64,000 bases of DNA from Candidatus Omnitrophota bacterium. GTDB lineage: Bacteria; Omnitrophota; Gorgyraeia; Gygaellales; Profunditerraquicolaceae. Where the stretch lies: assembly GCA_030650425.1 (NCBI GenBank), contig JAUSED010000010.1:10104-74103 (forward strand), in the 5' to 3' direction. The first letter of the stretch is position 1. Each line of letters opens with the position of its first letter. The notes under the pieces were generated by a model. It was not told where the DNA came from. It ran no database searches and was given only the letters and a program-made list of their open reading frames with translations. The translations under genes were made by a program, and so were the position numbers. This document shows positions 27,910-37,059 of this stretch, piece by piece.

Positions 27910-28869
27910 TTATTTATCCAGCGACTTCAGATATTTATAATAATCGCTGTCGGTAGTCAGGATTACCGTTGAATTTGCGTCAATAGTGCCCCTATACGTT
28001 TCCAGCGTCTTAAGAAAAGAATAAAATTCGGGATTCTGCTCATAAGAGGTAGCGTAAATATTAATTGCTTCGGCGTCGGCTTTACCGACAATAGACTGCG
28101 CTTGCTTGTAAGCCTCTGAAGTTATTAACTTAAGTTCTTTACCGATCTGGCCCTCTATTTCGGCCGCTTTCCCAAACCCCTCCGAGCGGTATTTTTCAGC
28201 GGCGCGTTTTCTCTCCGCAATCATCCTGTCGTAAACTTTATTTCGGACCTCTTCCACATAATTTATGCGTTTGATACGCACATCCAGAATCTCAATCCCG
28301 TATTGGGGAGCAAGCACTTTTGCCTTTTCCAGTATAGAGCGAGTCAACTTCTGCCTTCCCATTTCTATACGTTCAAGCGCCTCTTCGCTGACTATGGCAT
28401 CTTCCCCTAAATCCTTACTCTCAAGTATGCGGTTAGAATCCCTTACCGCCTCAACCAGAAGATTACCGGTAACAGCATCCCTGGTAGCTGAATTAATAAT
28501 ATCGTTTAGCCTGCTGCTTGCGCTTGTTTCATTACCCACAGACTGTAGGAATTTCAAGGCATCCACTATTTTCCAGCGCGCCGTGGTATCTACCCAGATA
28601 TATTTCTTGTCTTTTGTGGGTATTTGGTTCGGATCGCCGTCCCATTCCAAGAGCCTCTTCTCAAAATAATGCGCCTCTTGTATCAAGGGAATTTTAAAAT
28701 GCAAGCCAGCGGAAGTTATGGGTTCTCCGACTGGTTTACCGAACTGGGTAATCACTACTTGTTTTGTTTCATCAACTATAAATAACGCCCCGCTGGCAAA
28801 GGCAAGCAAAACAATTACAGCCGGGAAAATAATTAACCCCAAAATAGTCCCTAATCTGCCCTCTTTCAT
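27910..28869 (-). CDS. hflC: Protease modulator HflC (SPFH/band 7)
   Basis: N-terminal TM, then FIVDETKQVVITQFGKPVGE. Overlaps the hflK stop. Confidence 0.85.
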   Translation of the reverse strand: MKEGRLGTILGLIIFPAVIVLLAFASGALFIVDETKQVVITQFGKPVGEPITSAGLHFKIPLIQEAHYFEKRLLEWDGDPNQIPTKDKKYIWVDTTARWKIVDALKFLQSVGNETSASSRLNDIINSATRDAVTGNLLVEAVRDSNRILESKDLGEDAIVSEEALERIEMGRQKLTRSILEKAKVLAPQYGIEILDVRIKRINYVEEVRNKVYDRMIAERKRAAEKYRSEGFGKAAEIEGQIGKELKLITSEAYKQAQSIVGKADAEAINIYATSYEQNPEFYSFLKTLETYRGTIDANSTVILTTDSDYYKYLKSLDK

Positions 28870-29861
28870 TGCTGCGGCCCTCCTTTCTTGCCTATATCCA
28901 ATAACGGCAATATGGAAGATTGCCTTGGGTCAATAATATATTTTTCTTTCACCTTGGGCAAGACCTCGGCAAGGGCTTCAAGATAGAGCCTCTTACGGGT
29001 AATCTCCGGGGCTTTCTTATATTCTCCCAGGGTCACTAAAAACCTTTCCGACTCGCCCTTGGCCCTGTTTATCTTATCCAGGGAATATCCCTCTGCTTCG
29101 CGGATAGTCCGCTCCGCTTCTCCTTTGGCCTTTGGTATGGCCTTATTATATGCCTCCCAGGCCTGATTGATCATCTTCTCTTTTTCCTGTTTTGCCTCAT
29201 TAACTTCGTTAAAAGCCGGCTTTACCTTATCCGGAGGATTTACATCCAGCAGTTTCACCGTAATGACCTGCACGCCGGTCTGATAATCATCTAGAATCCT
29301 CTGCATTTCAACTTGAGCTAAGTGGTCTACTTCTTCCCTTTTAATAGTCAACACCTCATCCACGGTGTAATCTCCCACCAGCCGGCGCATGACTATTTCA
29401 GAGACATCCCTTATAACATTAACCGGGTTACGCACGACAAAAAGGAGCTTAATGGGGTCTTTTATTTTAAATTGCACAATCCAGCGAACGTCGAGTATGT
29501 TTAAATCTCCGGTAAGCATTAACGACTGTTCTAAATTCGAGCCGTAAGAACGCGTACTCACTAAACCCGAGCTCCCTCCCCCAAACTCTTCCTTGAATAT
29601 TTTTTCTACTTTTATCGGCGTTACCTTATCAATGCCAAAGGGAATCTTAACGTGCAAGCCGGGTGAACTTAATTCTGTATATTTACCGAACCTCTGCATG
29701 ACCCCTACTTCATCCGGGCCTATTGAATAGATTACCCCTCTTAGACCTATAATAATAAGCAGGCCAAATATTATCCAGGGGATATACTTGCCATAATCGG
29801 ATAATTTCTTTTTGCCTACATCGATTATATCGTCCGGGCTAGGAACATTTTGCCAGTCCAT
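28866..29861 (-). CDS. hflK: Protease modulator HflK (SPFH/band 7)
   Basis: GPDEVGVMQRFGKYTE...VKLLDVNPPDKVKPAFNEVNEAKQEKEKMINQA. Confidence 0.85.
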   Translation of the reverse strand: MDWQNVPSPDDIIDVGKKKLSDYGKYIPWIIFGLLIIIGLRGVIYSIGPDEVGVMQRFGKYTELSSPGLHVKIPFGIDKVTPIKVEKIFKEEFGGGSSGLVSTRSYGSNLEQSLMLTGDLNILDVRWIVQFKIKDPIKLLFVVRNPVNVIRDVSEIVMRRLVGDYTVDEVLTIKREEVDHLAQVEMQRILDDYQTGVQVITVKLLDVNPPDKVKPAFNEVNEAKQEKEKMINQAWEAYNKAIPKAKGEAERTIREAEGYSLDKINRAKGESERFLVTLGEYKKAPEITRKRLYLEALAEVLPKVKEKYIIDPRQSSILPLLDIGKKGGPQQ

Positions 29862-29892
29862 AATAAACTCCTTTCTTTAACTTAAAGCCTCT

Positions 29893-29970
29893 AAAAAAAC
29901 AAAACCACCAACTGCAATTTCGCAGATGGCGGCCCGACCATCTAAACCTTCAGGAAATCTTCCTGAACCC
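29893..29970 (-). promoter_or_regulatory. Second copy of the candidate cis-regulatory RNA, in the hflK leader
   Basis: Same GATGGTCGGGCCGCCATC hairpin. The variable hairpin TTCAGGAAATCTTCCTGAA has different sequence but keeps pairing. The alternative terminator CCAtCTGC...GCAGtTGG plus a U-rich run precedes RBS AAGGAG. Confidence 0.5.
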
Positions 29971-30084
29971 GTTTCTTTAAAATATCAACTGCCCTTAGTT
30001 TACTATTATTACGCTTCTTGTCAAGCCTAATCGTAAATCGTAAATCACTTTTAATACCAAGTTAAGGCAACCTCGCAAAGATGG

Positions 30085-30185
30085 ACAGTAATATTGCACA
30101 AGGGGACGACCTCTCTGCACACAACCATTGGCAAATTTGAGAGGTGAACCTCGTAAGGACGCCCAGAAATACGCAGCGACAGAAA
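30085..30185 (-). repeat. Full-length GGGCGTCCTTACGAGG..ACCTCTC..GAGAGGTCGTCCCC element, upstream in the hflK leader
   Basis: Contains both halves that occur separately at 15730-15800 and 19265-19340. Predicted nested stems ACCUCUC/GAGAGGU and GGGCG/CGUCC. Confidence 0.5.
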
Positions 30186-30472
30186 GACTCTCTGTATACA
30201 GGTAGTGTAATTATTTAGAAGAAATAGAAATGAGGCCCTTTTGGACTTACCCCTAATACACTTGTCTATTCTACCTTTTTACAAATTTCTTTGCGACAAT
30301 TTTTGTGAATAGCGGATATATTATTTTCTATTTCCTTAGGAAATGGACAGTGGACAATTTCGATGCCTTCAGCAACTTTACCCCTTAAAATTTATCGGAA
30401 ATGTTCACAATAGCCCCTATCTGTCAATATCATCAATTTAAGCGAGTTGTTAGACAAAATAAAGCTCCCTAC

Positions 30473-31525
30473 TTAATAAACCGGAACAGCTACACTCCAG
30501 GACCCGTCAAGTTGCTTGTGAGAAACATATATTTGGTAATCTTTCCTTCCCTGAGGAAGGAGCTCAAAATATAATTCTTTTTCGTCTCTTGTCAAGCTTG
30601 GAGCAAATATCTTATGGGTAGCAATACCTAAATCTAATTTTATCGGCTCTGCCCATATTCCATTGACTTTTTCCGAGAAATAGATTCCCGTTTTCTTAAG
30701 ATTTATGGGCTGAGGATATGCTCTCACAAAGTATATTCGTTGCTTATCAGGGCTTAGCCATCCTGGCGCTTCAAAAGCATCTTCAGTATTTATCGGCTTG
30801 CCTATATTTATTGGCTCGCTCCATTCTCCATTTTCAAAGTTACTGATAAAGATATCGCCAAAACCTAAAGTGCCCGGCCTGTCAGAGCGAAATATCAACG
30901 TCTTTCCGTCTTCTGTTACATGAAAATCCTGCTCCATATGGGGAGTATTAAAATAATCAGACAGAATGAAAGGTCCTTTCCATGTCCCGTCTGCTTGTTT
31001 GTAGAAGGTAACAAGATCTCCTTCGCCTTTAATTTCCCTGCCATCTATAGAAATACCAGATGCTTCGACAATCAGTCTAGTCCCATTGTCAACTGTCATA
31101 AATTTAGCGTAAATTCCTTTATCTCTTGGTATCAATTCATGCGGCGCAAGTGTTGGGTTTGTCCATTTTCCATTCACTTTTTCGGAGCAATACCCTCTAA
31201 ACCAAATATTTTTATTGGAAATATCGTTTTCAGTGTGGCCTTTTCTATAAGGCCCGATTATTTTAATGCCTTTCTCCTTTTTTAATATTTTCATCTTCTC
31301 TTCGGGGGAAAGCTCCTGGAACCATTCAAAATCCATAGGAGAATACAAGAAACACAACTTGTTTCCGTCAAGTGAAATTATTGGTTGATCTTCGGTCCCC
31401 AACGTATTGATTGCAATTACATTCTCTTCACTAAATGCCTGCTTAAAATCCACAACTAATGCGATACTTATTGCCATCAAAACTGTCAATAAGCCAAAGG
31501 AAATTGATATGTGAGTATTTTTCAT
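30473..31525 (-). CDS. Secreted beta-propeller (PD40/TolB-like repeat) protein
   Basis: Signal/TM at the N-terminus. Repeated W/G-containing blades. No catalytic motif recognised. Confidence 0.45.
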   Translation of the reverse strand: MKNTHISISFGLLTVLMAISIALVVDFKQAFSEENVIAINTLGTEDQPIISLDGNKLCFLYSPMDFEWFQELSPEEKMKILKKEKGIKIIGPYRKGHTENDISNKNIWFRGYCSEKVNGKWTNPTLAPHELIPRDKGIYAKFMTVDNGTRLIVEASGISIDGREIKGEGDLVTFYKQADGTWKGPFILSDYFNTPHMEQDFHVTEDGKTLIFRSDRPGTLGFGDIFISNFENGEWSEPINIGKPINTEDAFEAPGWLSPDKQRIYFVRAYPQPINLKKTGIYFSEKVNGIWAEPIKLDLGIATHKIFAPSLTRDEKELYFELLPQGRKDYQIYVSHKQLDGSWSVAVPVY

Positions 31526-31679
31526 CTTATTTTCTGGACTAAGTATTGTGTCACTGGAATTTTGGAATTCTGGAATTCGTAATATATCAAGGTATCCATT
31601 TAGGAAACGCTCCCTTTTCTAATTCTTAATTATACAGTCTAAGGCCGATTAGCTCAACAAAAAAGACGCGGAGTATCGG

Positions 31680-32213
31680 TCAATCTCTGTGGAATCCAAT
31701 TGGAGGCTTCTGCGGCAAAAGAGGCGCGGGTGCCGGCTCAAGCAGCTTTTTAATCGCTTCGAAAATAAGCTGGATCTTATCATCATGTGTAGCGTATTTC
31801 TTCTCGAGCGCGGCGATCTTTTCCGCCAAGTCCTTGTGAGTCAAAAGGAACTCTTTTAATTTCACGAAGGCGCGCATAATCATAATATTAACCTGGATAG
31901 CGCGCTCGCTGTTCAGAACGCTAGAGAGCATAGCCACTCCCTGCTCGGTAAAGACATAAGGAAGTTGATGGGAAAAACGCAGCCCGCTTAGGTGGTCACA
32001 AATTGTGACCAGCTCCTCTTTTTCCTCTTTCCTGAGCTGAAACATGAAATCCGATGGAAATCGTTTTATATTTCTCTTTACTGCTTGATTCAACCGCTTA
32101 GTAGCAACACCATATAACTTAGCCAAATCAATATCTATCATTACCTTCTTACCTCTGAGATCTAATATTCTTGCGGCTATTAGCTCAACCGATATAATCA
32201 TAGACATACCCAC
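31680..32213 (-). CDS. ORF6N (KilA-N-like) domain protein
   Basis: LRGKKVMIDIDLAKLYGVATKRLNQAVKRNIKRFPSDFMFQLRKEE is the canonical ORF6N N-terminal region. Confidence 0.65.
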   Translation of the reverse strand: MGMSMIISVELIAARILDLRGKKVMIDIDLAKLYGVATKRLNQAVKRNIKRFPSDFMFQLRKEEKEELVTICDHLSGLRFSHQLPYVFTEQGVAMLSSVLNSERAIQVNIMIMRAFVKLKEFLLTHKDLAEKIAALEKKYATHDDKIQLIFEAIKKLLEPAPAPLLPQKPPIGFHRD

Positions 32214-32514
32214 CTCCTTCTCTGATTAGCTTGAAGTAGCAATCTACGGCTTCAAGTTGCTAATCCCTTGTACCACAAATAGTTCTCTACTTGATGCCAT
32301 AATTTGTGACCTCAAGTTTGTAATCTATTGATGTGTCTCCTTTCTACTCTAATAGACGCTCGAAAGGGCGGAATCTAACGTATTTTTTCGACAAAAAAGA
32401 CGCTGGAGTTTCCCAGCGCCTTGCGAAAAATATAACCGTCCCCTTTTATTTACGCATATAAATATTATACTATAGGGACAAAACCAAAACCCCAAGCCTT
32501 TTTAGGGTTAGGTT

Positions 32515-32904
32515 TTATTTTGAGTGGACATGGAAGCCAACTACCCTTGTTTGCTTAGGCGGTTCAAGCAGCCTTTTAATCGCTTCAAACACTACAGCGA
32601 ATTGACCGTCATATTTATTTTCCATATCTTCAATTTTACGCTTTAATACAGCATAGGTCAACCCTATCCTTCGTAAAGCTACAAAAGCCCTCATTATCTG
32701 AATATTAACCTGTATTGCCTGTTTGCTATTTAGCACGCTCGAAAGCATTGCTACGCCCTCCTGCGTAAAAGCAAACACATTAGGCGCATGTTTAATCTTG
32801 GAACTTATCACAATTTGTGATAAGTTCATGATCTCCCTCCTAGTAAGTGAAAACATAAAATCTTCTGGAAAACGGTCGATATTTCTTCTAACCGCCTGGT
32901 TCAC
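32515..32904 (-). CDS. N-terminally truncated ORF6N-domain paralog (GTG start directly after a TATAAT box)
   Basis: Begins within the ORF6N core (NQAVRRNIDRFPEDFMFSLTRRE). C-terminal half aligns with 31680..32213. Confidence 0.5.
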   Translation of the reverse strand: MNQAVRRNIDRFPEDFMFSLTRREIMNLSQIVISSKIKHAPNVFAFTQEGVAMLSSVLNSKQAIQVNIQIMRAFVALRRIGLTYAVLKRKIEDMENKYDGQFAVVFEAIKRLLEPPKQTRVVGFHVHSK

Positions 32905-32959
32905 AGTTTACACAACCTATTATACTACAACTGATTCCTAAGGGAATTTGTTTCGCAAT

Positions 32960-33000
32960 CTTCTCAACTACGAGTAGTTAGATACAACGTTACGGTTTCT
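32960..33000 (-). repeat. Conserved post-stop motif, copy 2, abutting the stop of 33000..34208
   Basis: ttaagaaaccgtaacgttgtatctaactactcgtagttgagaag (minus sense). Confidence 0.6.
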
Positions 33001-34208
33001 TAATTTACGGCTCCATGCGCCTTTAGTAAAGAAATTATATCCTCTGGATATTTAGGAAAAGCGGCTTTTAGCTCCTCTAAAAATACTAATACGGTTTTCC
33101 CTTGATTATCTCTGGCATTTATATCTGCACCAGCAGAAAGAAGTAATTCGACGATTTCAACCTTTGGTGGCAACAATATCGATGCCTGCATTAATACTGT
33201 ACCGCCATAACTATTCCTCTGATTAACATTCGCACCTTTTTTAATCAATAATTCTATCATTTCCTTATCTTGATTCGCTACCGCACATCTTAAAGGTGCA
33301 TTTCCTCCATTGCTTATTGAATTAACGTCTGCTCCCTTTTCAATTAATAACTCTGCTATTTTCTTATTCCCTTTGCCATAATTAATCAAAGCAATCAAAG
33401 GAGTATTCCCTAAACTATCCCTTGCATTAACATCTGCACCATTTGCAATTAATAACTCAGCAATCTCCTCTTCTACAGGTTTATCGAAATTGAAAAATGC
33501 CTCATGCAATGGCGTAACTCCATTGGAACTTGAGTCTTTTAAGGAAGGATTAGCGCCATGCATTAGTAATAATTTCACCATTTCTTTATGCGCAAATTCT
33601 ACTGCCAAACATAGGGGTGTACCGGAACCATCAACTTTGTTTACATCTGCGCCATCCGCAATATCACGAGCAACCCTTTCCACATCTCCCTTAACTAACG
33701 CATCGAATGGAAGCACCTTTACTACAGCCACAGAGTTTCCATACGCCCGCTGAAGTTTTTCTGCTTCACCTTCTACAACGTACATTTGGTTTACTTTTTT
33801 AGCACTAATATCAGGATAGTTCTTTTGCCCCGAATCAAATTCTAGCACTTCAATAAAATAAGGGTCGGCTTTAAACCCTATATTTTCAGCTTGATGCACA
33901 TCTGCCCATGCTTTGCCATATTCTTTCGTCTCGTAATAGGAAACGCCGCGGTTGTAATAGGCATCTGCATAGTTAGGATTAATTGCGATAGCTTTGTTAT
34001 ACTCAGAGATGGCCTGAGTAAAATTCTTTTGCTTATAATAGGCAATCCCGCGATCAACATATTCTTTCGCTGTCTCAGCATAAACAGAAGAAACACTTAA
34101 AAATAATACTCCCATTAAAATAAATATAATTACTTTGGAACTCTTGGACATCATCTCCTCCTCCTTAAAAAGATTATTAAGATAGTAACTACCGCTTTGC
34201 ATACTCAA
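33000..34208 (-). CDS. Secreted TPR plus ankyrin-repeat protein
   Basis: TPR: YYKQKNFTQAISEYNKAIAINPNYADAYYNRGVSYYE. At least 5 ankyrin repeats with G-TPLH/A...G...V..LL..GA. Confidence 0.8.
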   Translation of the reverse strand: MSMQSGSYYLNNLFKEEEMMSKSSKVIIFILMGVLFLSVSSVYAETAKEYVDRGIAYYKQKNFTQAISEYNKAIAINPNYADAYYNRGVSYYETKEYGKAWADVHQAENIGFKADPYFIEVLEFDSGQKNYPDISAKKVNQMYVVEGEAEKLQRAYGNSVAVVKVLPFDALVKGDVERVARDIADGADVNKVDGSGTPLCLAVEFAHKEMVKLLLMHGANPSLKDSSSNGVTPLHEAFFNFDKPVEEEIAELLIANGADVNARDSLGNTPLIALINYGKGNKKIAELLIEKGADVNSISNGGNAPLRCAVANQDKEMIELLIKKGANVNQRNSYGGTVLMQASILLPPKVEIVELLLSAGADINARDNQGKTVLVFLEELKAAFPKYPEDIISLLKAHGAVN

Positions 34209-34279
34209 AAATATATACTGCCACTGGTTAACAAACAGAGTGTCCCTTTTTGGGACGTCCCCCCTTTTCTTTCCAATCC

Positions 34280-34325
34280 TCTTAACTGTAAGTAGTTAGA
34301 TATAACGTCTAAGGTTCATTTAGGG
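34280..34325 (-). repeat. Conserved post-stop motif, copy 3, abutting the stop of 34320..35066
   Basis: gaaccttagacgttatatctaactacttacagttaagag (minus sense). Confidence 0.55.
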
Positions 34326-35066
34326 AACGCCCACTTTCCTCTTTTCCATCTTTTCGCATAAATTACGTTCAATTTCCATTGACGCGTAATTAGGATCATT
34401 TTTGTCCATATATTTCTCTGCTTCCGAAAAATAGTAACTGGCCTGCCTCCAATTGCTCATGTTCATATAGACTACCCCAATGTTACCCAAACCTTGCCAA
34501 CTATGAGGCACTACTTCCAAAAGCTTCTTAGCAGCCTGAATTGACAATTTGTAAAAACTGTCATCTTTATTCTTCTCATATGCTTCTATCCCCTTTTCAA
34601 GATAATTTGAACTTAAAGAAAAGTTAATTCTTGCCACATCGTTAATATCGTTTGTCTTCTTAAGGGCCAGCTCGCATAATTCAATTGCCTTATCAAAATT
34701 ATGCACAGAATAATAATAATTAATTTTCTTCAATATTTCTTCAACCGTTGATTCGGCGGTAATTTCCACATTATCATCTTTGTTGGGCGGCTTCGCATAT
34801 TCCGGATTCAAAATCTCGATCGTAGTTGATTTATTTGGTGCGTTGACTGACTTACCATCAATGCTTTCTATCTCATCCAAAAAATAAGTCAGTGGAACTC
34901 CCTGAAAGTATATTTTTATATACTTATCTGTCTTCTCAATCAGCTTGCCTTCCACAGTTTTACCGGACTTAAGAACAATGGTCTCGGCAAATATAAAAGC
35001 TGGTAAACATAAACACACCAATAATATCAAACTAATTAATATTCTTTTCTTCATTCTTCCTCTCAT
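34320..35066 (-). CDS. Secreted TPR-like repeat protein
   Basis: Signal peptide. TPR-like helices (AIELCELALKKTNDIND..., NIGVVYMNMSNWRQASYYFSEAEKY). Confidence 0.55.
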   Translation of the reverse strand: MRGRMKKRILISLILLVCLCLPAFIFAETIVLKSGKTVEGKLIEKTDKYIKIYFQGVPLTYFLDEIESIDGKSVNAPNKSTTIEILNPEYAKPPNKDDNVEITAESTVEEILKKINYYYSVHNFDKAIELCELALKKTNDINDVARINFSLSSNYLEKGIEAYEKNKDDSFYKLSIQAAKKLLEVVPHSWQGLGNIGVVYMNMSNWRQASYYFSEAEKYMDKNDPNYASMEIERNLCEKMEKRKVGVP

Positions 35067-35267
35067 TTTTTCACACCAATAAATTCCTGAGGAATTCTTG
35101 GAAACACCATACTTATTTTCTGAATTAAGTATTGTGTCCCCCCGAATCTTTATCCTTCATTTCATTTTTATTGGTATGCTTAATCATGATAGGACCTTCC
35201 CACCCTTTTATTTTATTTATAGGCCAATAATTGACTGCGGTTAAAAAATTCCTAACTTCCTTTTTAT

Positions 35268-35564
35268 TCATTTCTTTATGTATGTAATATACGCTAAAAT
35301 AGCAGTGGTTATAACTAACCCCAGGGTTACCCAAACTAAAGCCCAGGTCGCTTTAACTGACTGTATACTGGACTTTAAATTCTTATCAGCTATTGCCTGT
35401 CGTTCTACCCTTTCTTTTTCTTCTATGGCAAATTTAAGCGATTGAATATTAACCTTATCATAAAATTTTTCTTCACTAAACATTCCACTGGTAAGAATCC
35501 TCTTTAACTCTAAAAGGGATAGTTTCATAAACTCATCAAACCTAGTCTTTCTTTCTTGGTTCAT
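35268..35564 (-). CDS. Small C-terminally anchored membrane protein
   Basis: 98 aa. Coiled-coil-like N-terminus. C-terminal TM WALVWVTLGLVITTAILAYITYI. Confidence 0.4.
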   Translation of the reverse strand: MNQERKTRFDEFMKLSLLELKRILTSGMFSEEKFYDKVNIQSLKFAIEEKERVERQAIADKNLKSSIQSVKATWALVWVTLGLVITTAILAYITYIKK

Positions 35565-35660
35565 ACTATCTCCCTGTTGTCTTATTCAACTTCTTAATAT
35601 CCTCTTCTGTCAATATCTATACTTAGACCTGGAAGCCTAGCTAGATTTAGATACCTTTCT

Positions 35661-36194
35661 CTAATCCCCAACTATACTATTAAATCTTAGCTCAATCAAT
35701 TTTTGAACTACACTTCCTATTTTTTGAAAAAAAACGAGTCTGTCTCTTATTGATTTCACTTTTTTATAGCGGTCATCCTTAAAGGGAAGATTGTGTGCGA
35801 ATACATCTCTTAAATCATTAAGCTGAGAAACAACCGAGAAATCAATTTGTGTTTTAGCAAAAAATCTCTTCATCAATTCAATTTTTGGCTTAAAAGACAT
35901 CCTCACGTAATAGTCTAATGATTTTTCAAGCTCTTTGTCATTATTAGAAGTTTTTTTAGAAGCCTTTAATGAACGAAGGGCAAGAAGTATATTAAATTGA
36001 GCTTCCACCAAAAAGTGATATCCTAAGATTGCTTCCCTTATATCTACAAATTCATTTTTTTGAGCATCACTTATCCCCTCAGGTAGAATTTTTTTAAATA
36101 ATAGCTTTAGATTATCAATAAATTCACTGTAAGCCTTATCTGAATTAAGTGCTTCTATGCTCATTACAACCCTCCATTTGCTATAAAAAGGCAA
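35661..36194 (-). CDS. HEPN-like protein (Rx4H motif), candidate abortive-infection/RNase component
   Basis: All-helical. LNDLRDVFAHNLPF contains R-x4-H, the HEPN catalytic signature. Confidence 0.45.
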   Translation of the reverse strand: MPFYSKWRVVMSIEALNSDKAYSEFIDNLKLLFKKILPEGISDAQKNEFVDIREAILGYHFLVEAQFNILLALRSLKASKKTSNNDKELEKSLDYYVRMSFKPKIELMKRFFAKTQIDFSVVSQLNDLRDVFAHNLPFKDDRYKKVKSIRDRLVFFQKIGSVVQKLIELRFNSIVGD

Positions 36195-36362
36195 CCCCTA
36201 TTTTCTAGAGAATTGCCTTTAGATTCTAATGTCTAAACTCATAATAACGTTCCTTTGTTATTGATTATATTCTACCTCGGTTTTTGAGTTTTACAATCGA
36301 AAAGACGGGATTGCTTCGGCTGCTGCGCTGCCTCGCAATGACGGGGGAGCTAAAAAAACAAG

Positions 36363-36436
36363 GGGACACTTTCCTTTAAAAAGTAACAAATAGCTCTGAC
36401 GGAAAATGTCCCCTTCAATTACTGTGTCCCCTGCTG
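36363..36436. repeat. Family A element
   Basis: ggggacactttcctttaaaaagtaacaaatagctctgacggaaaatgtcccc...gtgtcccctgc. Confidence 0.8.
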
Positions 36437-36441
36437 CGGAA

Positions 36442-36834
36442 TTATTGGCAGCAGGATCTTTCTTTTTCTTCGGCGCTTGAACCGGCTTTGCAGAGGCTGT
36501 GTAGCTTACGAAGCTGCTCTTTGGAAAGCATCTTTTTAAGCGTCACGAACGCGCTCAAAAGCTCTTTCATCGACTCTTTTTTAAGCGTGTACTTTCTGTC
36601 GAGCAGTTTGGCGATCTCAGCCATATCCGGCGAGTCATCCCATAGCTTTGACATAATGTCTACGGCTATCGTTTCAACCTCCGCGTTAACTTTAATCAGG
36701 CTTTTTTTCGTATCCAGCTTCAAATCCTTAACCTTACGCAGGTTTTCATCGGAAAAACCTAATTCAGCCTGATTTTCAAAGATCGCGTGCGCCATTTTGA
36801 AAAATTTGTTGCTTAGGCATTGTTTATGCATATT
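36442..36834 (-). CDS. Hypothetical helical protein with LTxxQ-like repeats (Spy/CpxP-like?)
   Basis: Start taken at MHKQCLSNKFF. The longer ORF start lies inside a repeat element. FSDENLRKVKDL and LSKEQLRKL motifs. Confidence 0.35.
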   Translation of the reverse strand, partial: NMHKQCLSNKFFKMAHAIFENQAELGFSDENLRKVKDLKLDTKKSLIKVNAEVETIAVDIMSKLWDDSPDMAEIAKLLDRKYTLKKESMKELLSAFVTLKKMLSKEQLRKLHSLCKAGSSAEEKERSCCQ

Positions 36835-36854
36835 GCACCCCCTTTCGGTGATCA

Positions 36855-36909
36855 GGGGACACTTTCCTTTTGAAAGTTCCACATAGCTCTGACGGAAAAT
36901 GTCCCCTAC
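36855..36909. repeat. Family A element
   Basis: ggggacactttccttttgaaagttccacatagctctgacggaaaatgtcccctac. Confidence 0.8.
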
Positions 36910-36990
36910 TGATGACTTAATTATATAAAAATAGGGGTAAGTTGGGAATTGGGCGGGGACACTTTTTATGGATGTTTTTCTACTAGAAGA

Positions 36991-37053
36991 AAAGGCGAAA
37001 CAGTTTCCTGTCCGGCCTTCGCAGATAGCTTTCTGCGGAAACTGTTTCTTGCG
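36991..37053. repeat. Family B palindromic element (GAAACAGTTTCC...GGAAACTGTTTC)
   Basis: aaaaggcgaaacagtttcctgtccggccttcgcagatagctttctgcggaaactgtttcttgcga. Paralogs at 39085-39149 and 41636-41703. Always adjacent to a family A copy. Confidence 0.75.
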
Positions 37054-37059
37054 AAGAAG

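Noticed and set aside
15730-30185. tmRNA (ssrA) hypothesis for the GAGAGGTC / CCTCGTAAGGACG elements
   Set aside because: Similarity to tmRNA pseudoknot segments is only short-word. The element is split into half-copies at three loci. No tRNA-like acceptor/T-arm or tag ORF ending in AA-stop.
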